Below are positions 8,616 to 17,356 of a stretch of 46,659 nucleotides of DNA, piece by piece; within the stretch, counting starts at the first letter, position 1, and each line of letters begins with the position of its first letter. The DNA is from an uncultured Planctomycetaceae bacterium (lineage in GTDB: Bacteria; Planctomycetota; Planctomycetia; Pirellulales; UBA1268): contig CAISKG010000609.1 in the NCBI GenBank assembly GCA_903885855.1, positions 1 through 46,659 on the forward strand, read 5' to 3'. The notes beneath the pieces are model-generated. The model was not told the origin of the DNA, made no database searches, and saw only the letters and a program-made list of their open reading frames with translations. The translations under genes were made by a program, and so were the position numbers.

Positions 8616-9014
8616 ATGCCGACCGTGCCCCGCGACCACGACGCCTCCGCACCGCTGGCCCCCGCGCTCGAGCGGGCGCTCGCCGCCGCGCGCGTGGCCG
8701 AGGAGACGCGCGGCACCGACGTGCGGGTCATCGACCTCCGCGGCGTGACGCCCGCCTTCGACTACTTCGTCGTCGCCACCGGATCGAGCCGCCGGCAGAT
8801 CCACGCCATGGCCGACGAGATCGAGAAGGTGATGAAGCGCGAGTGGCACGACCGCAAGCGCGGCGGCGAGGGCTACGAGGAAGGGCGTTGGATCGTGCTC
8901 GACTACGGCGACGTCGTGGTCCAGCTCTTCGACGCCGACGCCCGGCAGTATTGGGACATCGAGCAGCTGTGGTGCGACGCGCCGCGCGTGCCGATCCCCG
9001 GAGCGCGGCCGTGA
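8616..9014 (+). CDS. rsfS: Ribosomal silencing factor RsfS (iojap family)
   Basis: DVRVIDLRGVTPAFDYFVVATGSSRRQIHAMADEI...WIVLDYGDVVVQLF. ATG at 8616 within track ORF 8067..9014. Confidence 0.88.
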   Translation: MPTVPRDHDASAPLAPALERALAAARVAEETRGTDVRVIDLRGVTPAFDYFVVATGSSRRQIHAMADEIEKVMKREWHDRKRGGEGYEEGRWIVLDYGDVVVQLFDADARQYWDIEQLWCDAPRVPIPGARP

Positions 9015-10873
9015 CCGGAGCCGACACGGCCCCGTCCGGCGCACCGGGCGGTGCCGGCACCTTCCGCGACCGGCTCCGGGCCGCCTTCGCACACGCCCTG
9101 CGCGGGCTCGCCGCCGACGGCGTCTGCCCGGTGGGCGCCGAGGACCTGCCGGCGCTCCTCGAGCAGGTGCGCGAGACCGCCGAGGCGAAGTTCGGCGACT
9201 ACTCCGGCACGATGGCGATGGGGCTGGCGAAGAAGGCGGCGCGGAAGCCGCGTGATCTGGCCGTCGAGATCGCCCGGCGCCTCGCCGACGCCCCCGGCTA
9301 TTCCGCCGCCTTCGCCCCGCCGGGGGATCCGGTGGGGCCCGGCTTCATCAACGTGCGCGTGCGCGACGAGGCCCTGTCGGCCGCCATCTCGGCGGCGTTC
9401 GTCGACGAGCGCCTCGGCGTGCCGCGCGTCGCGGCGCCGGCGACGATCGTCGTCGATTTCAGCTCGCCCAACGTCGCCAAGCCGATGCACGTGGGCCACA
9501 TCCGCTCCACCGTCATCGGCGACTCCCTGGCGCGGCTCCTCGCCTTCCGCGGCCACCGCGTCATCACCGACAACCACCTCGGCGACTGGGGCACGCAGTT
9601 CGGGATGATCATCTGGGGCTGGCGGCGCTTCGGCGACGAGGCCGCGCTGGCCGCCGATCCGACCGCCGAGCTGGGGCGGATCTACCGCCTCGTGCGCCGC
9701 CTCGCCGACGCCGCGCCGGAGGACCTGGCCGCCGACCCGCAGCTGGCGGCGCTGGCCGCGGAGCATCCGGGCGCCGCCCGCGAGGTGCTCCTCGAGACGG
9801 CGCGGCTCCACGAGGGGGACCCGGAGAACCGGGCGCTGTGGGAGCGGTTCATGCCGGCGTGTCTCGCCGACATCGAGAAGCTCTACCGGCGCCTCGACGT
9901 GCACTTCGACCACCGCCTGGGCGAGAGCTTCTTCCAGCCCTTCCTGGCGGGCGTGGTGGACGACCTGGTGGCGCGGGGCCTGGCCCGCGAGAGCCGCGGG
10001 GCGATCGGCGTGTTCCTCGACGGCGACGACAAGCCGCCGTTCCTGGTGCGCAAGGGGGACGGCGCCTTCCTCTACGCCACCACCGACCTGGCCACGATCC
10101 GCTGGCGGCTGGAGCACTGGAATCCCGACCGGATCCTGTACGTCGTCGATCACCGCCAGGGGCAGCACTTCGAGCATCTCTTCGCCACGGCGAAGCGCTG
10201 GGGGCTGCCCGGGATCGAGCGCGTGGCGCTCGAGCACGTCGCCTTCGGCACGGTTCTCGGCGACGACGGCCGGCCCTTCAAGACGCGGGCCGGCGACACC
10301 GTGGGGCTCGAGTCGCTCCTCGACGAGGGGGTGGAACGCGCCTTCGCGCTCACCGCCGGCGACGAGGGGCTCGACGACGCCGAGCGGCGGCGGGTGGCGG
10401 AGACGGTCGGCATCGGCGCCATCAAGTACGCCGACCTCTGCCAGAACCGGACCACCGACTACGTCTTCTCCTACGACAAGATGCTCGAGCTCAAGGGCAA
10501 CACCGCGGCCTACATGCAGTACGCCGTGGCCCGCGTCGAGGGGGTGCTCGAGAAGGGGGGGATCGACCGCGAGGCGCTGTGGCGCTCGGCCCCGGCGATC
10601 GTGCCGGCCGACCCGCGCGAGCGGAGCCTGGCGCTGGCGATCCTCCGTTTCGGCGAGGTGCTCGAGGACGTCGAGGCCGACTCCCGGCCCAACCTGCTGA
10701 CGGCCTGGCTGTACGACCTCGCCGGGCGCTATTCCGCCTTCTACGACGCGCTGCCGATCCTCAAGTGCGCCGAGCCGGAGCGCACCAGCCGACTGGCCCT
10801 CTGCGATCTCACCGGCCGCGTGCTGCGGAAGGGGCTCGGGCTGCTCGGCATCGGCACCGTGCGCACGATGTGA
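9011..10873 (+). CDS. argS: Arginine--tRNA ligase
   Basis: FSSPNVAKPMHVGHIRSTVIGD (HIGH-type motif), anticodon-binding C-terminal domain ending ...GIGTVRTM. The GTG overlaps the rsfS stop (GTGA at 9011-9014). Confidence 0.92.
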   Translation: MTGADTAPSGAPGGAGTFRDRLRAAFAHALRGLAADGVCPVGAEDLPALLEQVRETAEAKFGDYSGTMAMGLAKKAARKPRDLAVEIARRLADAPGYSAAFAPPGDPVGPGFINVRVRDEALSAAISAAFVDERLGVPRVAAPATIVVDFSSPNVAKPMHVGHIRSTVIGDSLARLLAFRGHRVITDNHLGDWGTQFGMIIWGWRRFGDEAALAADPTAELGRIYRLVRRLADAAPEDLAADPQLAALAAEHPGAAREVLLETARLHEGDPENRALWERFMPACLADIEKLYRRLDVHFDHRLGESFFQPFLAGVVDDLVARGLARESRGAIGVFLDGDDKPPFLVRKGDGAFLYATTDLATIRWRLEHWNPDRILYVVDHRQGQHFEHLFATAKRWGLPGIERVALEHVAFGTVLGDDGRPFKTRAGDTVGLESLLDEGVERAFALTAGDEGLDDAERRRVAETVGIGAIKYADLCQNRTTDYVFSYDKMLELKGNTAAYMQYAVARVEGVLEKGGIDREALWRSAPAIVPADPRERSLALAILRFGEVLEDVEADSRPNLLTAWLYDLAGRYSAFYDALPILKCAEPERTSRLALCDLTGRVLRKGLGLLGIGTVRTM

Positions 10874-10901
10874 CCCGCCGGACACGAGGAGCCCCTTCCC
10901 C

Positions 10902-13001
10902 ATGAGCCGGCCGCTCGCCGCCATCCGCAACATCGGCATCGTCGCCCACATCGACGCCGGCAAGACGACGCTCACCGAGCGGATGCTGTTCTTCACCAAG
11001 ACCAGCCACCGCCTCGGCGACGTCGACAAGGGCACGACCGTCACCGACTTCGACCCCGAGGAGCAGCAGCGCGGGATCACGATCTACTCCGCCGCGGTGA
11101 GCTTCGCCTGGCGCGACGTCTCGGTGAACCTCATCGACACGCCCGGCCACGTCGACTTCACCGCCGAGGTGGAGCGGTCGCTCCGCGTCCTCGACGGCGC
11201 GGTGGTGGTGTTCTCGGCACGCGAGGGGGTCGAGGCCCAGAGCGAGACGGTGTGGCGCCAGGCCGACAAGTACCACGTGCCGCGTGTGGCGCTGGTCAAC
11301 AAGCTCGACCGCGAGGGGGCCGATTTCTTCGGCACGGTGCACCAGATCGAGAAGCGGCTCGGCGCCCGTCCGCTGGTGCTGCAGGTGCCGCTGGGGATGG
11401 GGCCGCCGCACGTCAAGGATCCGTTCCGGGGCCTCGTCGACCTCGTGGAGATGAGGCTCCTCACCTACCCGCCGCGCGACGAGGTGCTCGACGGCGACGC
11501 CCCGGCCGAGGCCTTCACCGTCTCGGAAATCCCCCCCGAGGTGGCCGAGCTGGCGGCGGAGTGGCGCGAGCAGCTCGTCTCCACGCTCTTCGATTTCTCC
11601 GACGAGCTCGCCGAGCTGGCCATGAGCGAGGCGCCGATCCCCCCGGAGGTGATCCGCCGGGCGATCCGCGAAGGGACGGTGGCCCGCCGGGTGGTGCCCG
11701 TGCTGGCCGGGTCGGCGCTCGACTGCATCGGGATCCAGCCGGTCCTCGACGCCGTGGCCTGGTATCTGCCGAGCCCGCTCGACGTGCCGCCGGTCACCGG
11801 GATCGACCCCTCCAAGAAGACCCCGGTGACGGTGGAGCGGAAGCCCGATCCCGCCGCCCCCTTCTGCGGCCTCGTCTTCAAGATCCTCGCCGAGAAGCAC
11901 GGCGACCTGTATTTCGTGCGCGTCTACTCCGGCACGCTCAAGGCGGGGAGCCGGGCCTGGAACCCGCTCAAGCAGAAGAAGGAGAACGTCGCCCAGCTGT
12001 GGCGCGTGCAGGCTGACCGGCGCGAGCAGATCCCGCAGGCCGTCGCCGGCGACATCGTCGGCGTCATCGGGCCGCGCGCCAGCGTCACCGGCGACACCCT
12101 CTGCGACGCCGACGCCCCGGTGATCCTCGAATCGATCGAGTTCCCCGAGACGGTGATCTCGATGGCCATCGAGCCGGAGACGAGCCTCGAGCGGAAGAAG
12201 CTCGGCGAGGTGCTCGAGATGATGAAGCGGCAGGACCCCACCTTCCGGGCGCTGGAGAGCGAGGAGACGGGGCAGACCCTGATCTCGGGCATGGGGGAGC
12301 TGCACCTGGAGGTGATCCGCCACCGCCTGGAGCGCGACTTCAACCTCACCTGCCGCGTCCACAAGCCGCGCGTCAGCTACAAGGAGACCCTCGCCACCGC
12401 GGCCACGGCCACCGGGCAGTCGAACCGCCAGGTGGCGGGGCAGACGCTCGTGGCCTCGGTGACCGTCCGCGGGGAACCGACGGGGACCCAGGGCCCGGTG
12501 ACGGTGGAGCAGGGCTGGTTCCCTGAGAACGAGGCGCTGGGGGCGATCGCCGCCCAGATGACGCAGGCCGTGCGCGAAAGCGCCGAGCGCGGGGGGCTCA
12601 AGGGCTGCCCGCTGTGGGGGGTGCGGATCGTGGTCCTCGAGAGCCCGATCCCGGAGCCGCCGCCGGGGGAGGTGGCGATCCGGATCGCCGCCGCCGACGC
12701 CATCGACAAGCTCCTCGCCGCCTCCGGCTCGGTGCTCCTCGAGCCGGTGATGCGCGTCGAGGTGAGCGTGCCCGAGGAGCATCTCGGCGACGTGATCAAC
12801 GATCTCCAGCAGCGCCGGGCGATCATCACGGCGACCGAGATCCGCGCCGGGGTGACGGTGCTCACGGCCGAGGCGCCGCTGGCGAGCATGTTCGGCTATT
12901 CCGCCGCGGTGCGGAGCGTGAGCCAGGGCCGCGCGAGCTTCACGATGGCCCCGCTCAAGTACGGCCCCGCCCCGCCGGAGACGGCCGACGCCTACGTCTG
13001 A
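10902..13001 (+). CDS. fusA: Elongation factor G family GTPase (paralog located outside an str operon)
   Basis: G1 AHIDAGKTT, RGITI, DTPGHVDF, NKLD. 699 aa with EF-G domains II-V (GELHLEV..., FGYSAAVRSVSQGRASFTM). GAGGAG lies 9 nt upstream of the ATG. Confidence 0.9.
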   Translation: MSRPLAAIRNIGIVAHIDAGKTTLTERMLFFTKTSHRLGDVDKGTTVTDFDPEEQQRGITIYSAAVSFAWRDVSVNLIDTPGHVDFTAEVERSLRVLDGAVVVFSAREGVEAQSETVWRQADKYHVPRVALVNKLDREGADFFGTVHQIEKRLGARPLVLQVPLGMGPPHVKDPFRGLVDLVEMRLLTYPPRDEVLDGDAPAEAFTVSEIPPEVAELAAEWREQLVSTLFDFSDELAELAMSEAPIPPEVIRRAIREGTVARRVVPVLAGSALDCIGIQPVLDAVAWYLPSPLDVPPVTGIDPSKKTPVTVERKPDPAAPFCGLVFKILAEKHGDLYFVRVYSGTLKAGSRAWNPLKQKKENVAQLWRVQADRREQIPQAVAGDIVGVIGPRASVTGDTLCDADAPVILESIEFPETVISMAIEPETSLERKKLGEVLEMMKRQDPTFRALESEETGQTLISGMGELHLEVIRHRLERDFNLTCRVHKPRVSYKETLATAATATGQSNRQVAGQTLVASVTVRGEPTGTQGPVTVEQGWFPENEALGAIAAQMTQAVRESAERGGLKGCPLWGVRIVVLESPIPEPPPGEVAIRIAAADAIDKLLAASGSVLLEPVMRVEVSVPEEHLGDVINDLQQRRAIITATEIRAGVTVLTAEAPLASMFGYSAAVRSVSQGRASFTMAPLKYGPAPPETADAYV

Positions 13002-13022
13002 CGCCGCGCGGGAGGGGGGCCG

Positions 13023-14175
13023 TCAGCCGGGGCCGCCCCGGGCGGCGCGGAGGGCGCGGACGTAATGGATCGCGGCGTGGTCGGCCAGATCGCGCACCAC
13101 CACGCGGCCCAGGGCGTCGCTGCGGGCCACCTCGGCGATGAGCCGCTCCCGCGCCGCGCGCGCCGCAGCCGCGTCGCCGCGCACCAGCGCCGCCGAAAGG
13201 CTCCCCCAGCGCCTCGAGGATCGCCCCTTGGTCGCCCCCCGCGGCGGCCCCGCCGAGGGCCTCGCGGTACTCGCGCCGCGCCTGCCGCTGGTCGTCGGCG
13301 ACCTGCTCGGGGCGCGGGGCGGCGTGCAGCACGCCGCGCCGGTCGAGGTACAAGGGGGGCGCCGGATGGGCGAAGGCGTGCTCCCAGCCCCGGCTGCGCG
13401 CGACGCGGGCCAGCGTCCCGGCCGCCAGCCGAGCCGACTGCCGCAGCGCCGTCTGCGAGGCCACCGCGAGCCAGCCTCCCGGGGGGGCGAGGTTGTCGAG
13501 GAGACCGTCGGCGAGATCGGTGAGATCGGCCTCGTCGAAGCGGGCCGGCGGGACGCGGGGCACGAGGTCGCAGCAGTGGACGTAGCGCCGCACCGGCTGG
13601 CGGGCGTCGAGCGCGAGGCTGCCCGTCCCCACCCGCGGCGCGCCGAAGGTCACGAGCTCCGCGGCCGGAAAGTCGACGGCGCAGAGCGTGGCCAGAGCCC
13701 CGCCGAGGCTGTGGCCGGCGGCGACGAGGCGGCCGTCGGCAGCGCGGGCCCACGGCTCCAGTGGCCCACGCAGTTCGTCGAACGTCAGGCCCCAGCCGCG
13801 GTGGACGACGACGCCGGGGCGCCACTCGAAGGGATCGACGAGCAGATTCGCGAGGAGATCGTCGACGTTGCCCGTCTCGGTGCCCCGGAAGACGGCGAAG
13901 GTGGTGCCGCCGCGGGGATCGCGGCACACGAAGCCGTCGGCGGCGGCCCGGGCCGTGAACAGCCGCCGGCTTTCGAGCGTGGCCAGAAGGTCGAAGCCGA
14001 TGCGGGCGAGCTCGGCCTCGATCCGGGGCAGCGTCGCGTAGGCCAGGCGCGACAGTTCGGCGGCCAGCAGATCGACGGCCACCCCACCGCCGTCCTCCGG
14101 CCACCACTCGAAGAAGGGGCCGTCCGCCCCGGGAAAAAACAGCTCGCCGCCGCGGGTGGTGGGGGGGGCGGACAT
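13023..14175 (-). CDS. Class-3 lipase-like alpha/beta hydrolase, apparent frame change near 13196-13207
   Basis: MSAPPTTRGGELFF... with nucleophile elbow GHSLGGALA, and GAGGGA 8 nt upstream of ATG 14175. After ...AILEALGE the track frame (to 12955) becomes low-GC3 Arg-rich junk. The +1 frame then reads SAALVRGDAAAARAARERLIAEVARSDALGRVVVRDLADHAAIHYVRALRAARGGPG* with near-100% GC3, stopping at 13025-13023. Confidence 0.6.
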
Positions 14176-14276
14176 GATGGGGAATCCCTCGGTCGGTCGC
14201 TGGCCGGGCATCGCGGGCCCGTCGCCGTCGTCGGAGGGGGGCCTCCCCGCGGTGAACCCGCGACGGCGTCGGGCCG

Positions 14277-15098
14277 TCAGTCGGGCTTCTTCGCCGGCAG
14301 GGCCCGCGTCGAGCCGGTCGTGATGCCGCCGTCCACCAGCAGCGTCTGGCCGGTGACGTAGGCACTGGCCTCGGAGGCCAGGAACACCACCGCCCCGTCG
14401 AGGTCCTCCGCGCTGCCGGGGCGCTTGAGGGGGATCCGCTCGACGAGGTAGGCGATCCACTCCGGATCCCGGTACATGACGTCGTTCTGGGCGGTGCGGA
14501 ACCAGCCGGGGGCGAGGCAGTTGACCGTGATCCCGTGGGGACCGAGGTCGTCCGCGAGGCTCATCGTCATCTGCTTCACGCCGCCGCGGCTGGCGGAGTA
14601 GGGGGTCAGCCCGGCGTATCCGAAGACGCTCGTCACGCTGCCGATGTTGATGATCCGCCCGCGCTTCCTCGGGATCATGTGGCGCGCGACGGCCTGGGCC
14701 ATGAAGAAGGTGCCACGGAGATTGGTGTCGAGGATCGTGTTCCAGTCGTCCCAGGTGACGTCGACGGCCGGCTTGCGGATGTTGCAGCCGGCGTTGTTGA
14801 GGAGGACGTCGATGGCCCCGGCGTGCTCGATCGCCGCCGCGGCGCACTCCCGGATGCTCGACTCGCTCCGCAGGTCGAGCGGCAGCGGCCAGACGCGGTG
14901 GCCGTGGGCTTCGAGGGAGGCGCGCGACGCGGCCAGGTCCTCGGCCTTGCGCGCGGTGATCACGAGATCGGCCCCGGCCCGGGCCAGCGCGCCTGCCATC
15001 TGCAGGCCCAGGCCCCGGCTGGCGCCGGTGACGAGCGCCGTGCGCCCGGTGAGATCGAAGAGGGCAGGGCCGGTGGGGCGTGTCATCGGGCTCGGCAT
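14277..15098 (-). CDS. Short-chain dehydrogenase/reductase (KduD / gluconate-5-dehydrogenase-like)
   Basis: TGASRGLG (TGxxxGxG), NNAG and IINIGS. The active-site region reads YSASRGGVK, i.e. Arg where the SDR YxxxK lysine is expected. Confidence 0.85.
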   Translation of the reverse strand: MPSPMTRPTGPALFDLTGRTALVTGASRGLGLQMAGALARAGADLVITARKAEDLAASRASLEAHGHRVWPLPLDLRSESSIRECAAAAIEHAGAIDVLLNNAGCNIRKPAVDVTWDDWNTILDTNLRGTFFMAQAVARHMIPRKRGRIINIGSVTSVFGYAGLTPYSASRGGVKQMTMSLADDLGPHGITVNCLAPGWFRTAQNDVMYRDPEWIAYLVERIPLKRPGSAEDLDGAVVFLASEASAYVTGQTLLVDGGITTGSTRALPAKKPD

Positions 15099-15159
15099 GG
15101 GGGGGAAAGAGCGTGGGGACGAGGAGACGCGGAGTGGGGACGGGGGCGGCCGGGCCCGT

Positions 15160-16203
15160 TCAGGGACGCAGGACGACCTTCACGAGCCCCGGCTCGCGAT
15201 CGTGGAGCCGCTGGAACCAGGCCGGCCCCTCGTCGAGCGGGGCCACGCGGCTGACGAAGGCCGAGAGGTCGATCGTGCCCTCGGACACCAGCCGGATCGC
15301 CTCGGGGTAGCTGCCGGCGGAGGAGCAAGATCCCTGCAGCCGCAGCTGCCGCGTGACCACCAGCTGCAGCGGCAGGTCGATCGCCGGGGAGACGTTGCCC
15401 ACGAGCACGACCGTGCCGCCGCGGGTGCAGGACTCGATGGCCGTGCGTACCGGCGCCGTGGCCCCCACCGCCTCGAGCACCACGTCGGCGCCGTCGCTGT
15501 CGGGGCCCGAGGTCCCCCAGGCGGCCGCCTGCGTGCCGGCGTCGTCCCCGGCGGGGATGGTCGTGGTGGCCCCGAGGGCCCGGGCCTGTTCGAGCCGGCC
15601 CGCGTCGAGGTCGATCGCCGCGATCCTGGGCACGCCGTACGCGCGAAGCGAGGCCACGCACGCCAGGCCGATCGGCCCGGCGCCGACGACCACCGCCGAG
15701 CGGGTCGCCGGTCCGACGCCGGCGAGGTGCACCGCGTGGAGCGCGATCGTGAGCGGCTCGAGAAGCGCGGCGGCCACGAAGTCGAGCGTGTCGGGGATCG
15801 GATAGACGACGCGCCTCGGCACCACCACCTGCTCGGCGAAGCAGCCGTGCCGGCGGTAGAGACCGCAGGAGACCCCCAGCACCTGCCGGTCGGTGCAGAG
15901 GTTCTCCTGCCCCCGGCGGCAGTGGTCGCACGCGCCGCAGAACACGGTCGAGTCGAGCGCCACGCGCGTCCCCACGGCGAGATCGGCCACGCCCGCGCCC
16001 ACGGCGTCGACGGTGCCGGCGGCCTCGTGGCCCATCACCAGCGGCGGGATGCGCCGCCCGGTGGAGCCGGTGTAGCCGTGAACGTCGCTGCCGCAGATGC
16101 CGCAGGCCGCGACGCGCACCCGCACCTCGCCCGGGCCTGGGGTGGGGGTGTCGACGTCGGCCAGGGCCAGCGCGCCGGGCGCGGAGAGGAGGAGGGCTTT
16201 CAT
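15160..16203 (-). CDS. Zinc-dependent medium-chain alcohol/polyol dehydrogenase
   Basis: MKALLL... start (ATG 16203) inside track ORF 15160..16428. CGICGSDVH, GHEAAGTV, structural-Zn loop CGACDHCRRGQENLC, Rossmann motif VVGAGPIGL. Confidence 0.88.
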   Translation of the reverse strand: MKALLLSAPGALALADVDTPTPGPGEVRVRVAACGICGSDVHGYTGSTGRRIPPLVMGHEAAGTVDAVGAGVADLAVGTRVALDSTVFCGACDHCRRGQENLCTDRQVLGVSCGLYRRHGCFAEQVVVPRRVVYPIPDTLDFVAAALLEPLTIALHAVHLAGVGPATRSAVVVGAGPIGLACVASLRAYGVPRIAAIDLDAGRLEQARALGATTTIPAGDDAGTQAAAWGTSGPDSDGADVVLEAVGATAPVRTAIESCTRGGTVVLVGNVSPAIDLPLQLVVTRQLRLQGSCSSAGSYPEAIRLVSEGTIDLSAFVSRVAPLDEGPAWFQRLHDREPGLVKVVLRP

Positions 16204-16421
16204 GGCGCCCAGGGTAGCCCGCGCGGGGGCGATTCCAAACCCGTCGGCGCCCCGCGAGGCCCCGCGAGGCGTGGGGTCCGCTTCAAAACCCCCTGAAAGG
16301 AGGGGTTGGGCCGCAGCGGTGGCCCGGCCGGCCCTGGACTCCCGGCGGCCTTCCGGCCGATGCTCCCCCGGGCCCTCCGAGCCCCGGAGGAAACCGATTC
16401 CCGCCGCGGCCGGGGGGCGTG

Positions 16422-16450
16422 TTGACACCGTCGGCAGCCAGTCATAGATT
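16422..16450 (+). promoter_or_regulatory. Sigma-70-like promoter for the ribosomal protein cluster
   Basis: TTGACA (16422-16427), a 17-nt spacer, then TAGATT (16445-16450). It is about 340 nt upstream of rpsJ in a lower-GC, non-coding-looking stretch. Confidence 0.5.
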
Positions 16451-16790
16451 TCTGGCTTCCGATTCCGCAGCGACGCCCGCGGCCGTTTTTCGGTCGCTGG
16501 AGGGCGTCGTCATCATTCCCCTGTGCTCCGGTTCCGGTGATCCCCGATCGCCGCAGCGATCGTGGGTGGCAGGGGAGTGGCCATCGTTTCCGTCGCTCCT
16601 CCGCGCCGTCATCGGCCGCGGGTGTGTGCGAGAGGGGGCATGCGGGAGTCGTGTTCGCGCCGCTTCGGTGTGCTCCACACGGTGTCGGTTCGCTCCCGTC
16701 CGGGAGTGACGGCCGGTGCGGGGGCGACGGGTCGGGGCGGGTTGAGCGGGTTCGGTACGGTCGGCGCAGGCCCTGGGCGAGGAGAGAGCC

Positions 16791-17117
16791 GTGGCAGGTT
16801 CGGCACAGGAAATCATCCGCATCCGCATGGAGGCGTACGACCACAGCGTGCTCGATCAGAGTGCCGCTGAGATCGTCGACACCGCCAAGCGCACCAACTC
16901 CGAGGTCCACGGCCCCATTCCGCTCCCCACGCGGATCGAGCGCTACACGGTGCTCTCCAGCCCGCACATCGACAAGAAGGCGCGGCAGCAGTACGAGATC
17001 CGCACGCACAAGCGCGTCATCGACATCGTCCAGGCGACCGCCAAGACCATCGAGGCCCTCAACAAACTGAGCCTCCCGGCTGGCGTCGACATCAAGATCA
17101 AGGCTTCTTCGAGGTGA
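16791..17117 (+). CDS. rpsJ: 30S ribosomal protein S10
   Basis: [74 protein letters not shown] start with GGAGAG 5 nt upstream. Confidence 0.93.
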   Translation: MAGSAQEIIRIRMEAYDHSVLDQSAAEIVDTAKRTNSEVHGPIPLPTRIERYTVLSSPHIDKKARQQYEIRTHKRVIDIVQATAKTIEALNKLSLPAGVDIKIKASSR

Positions 17118-17307
17118 GCCGCTGAAGGCTCATCGAGATCGGTTTCCCCTCATCAGGAGCGTCCGGCACGGCATGCTTGGAAGGCGTCGCGGGTAAGGCC
17201 CGCCCCGGGTGATCGTCCCCTCCGGCCCAGTGCGGTCGGGTGTGGCGGTCGGGGGGGGTGCTCCCGCAGCCAACGGCTTCGAGCGTGATCGGGAAATGTC
17301 CTTCAAT

Positions 17308-17351
17308 CCGCCGTCTTCACGACGGCGGTGCGGGGGGTGTTTCGACGGCGG
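17308..17351 (+). promoter_or_regulatory. Hairpin with duplicated 3' arm overlapping the rplC Shine-Dalgarno
   Basis: CCGCCGTC (17308-17315) pairs with GACGGCGG (17321-17328) around loop TTCAC. A second identical GACGGCGG (17344-17351) runs straight into the GGAG of GGCGGAGAAC-ATG (rplC start 17357). Confidence 0.35.
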
Positions 17352-17356
17352 AGAAC

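Noticed and set aside
16419-16709. ORFs inside the rpsJ leader (16419..16709, 16537..17070, 16562..16870 and the minus-strand ORFs 16442..16828 and 16609..16806)
   Set aside because: None of these frames shows a third-position G/C bias. The products are Arg/Ser/Cys-rich junk, and some run into rpsJ out of frame. I treat the region as a non-coding leader.
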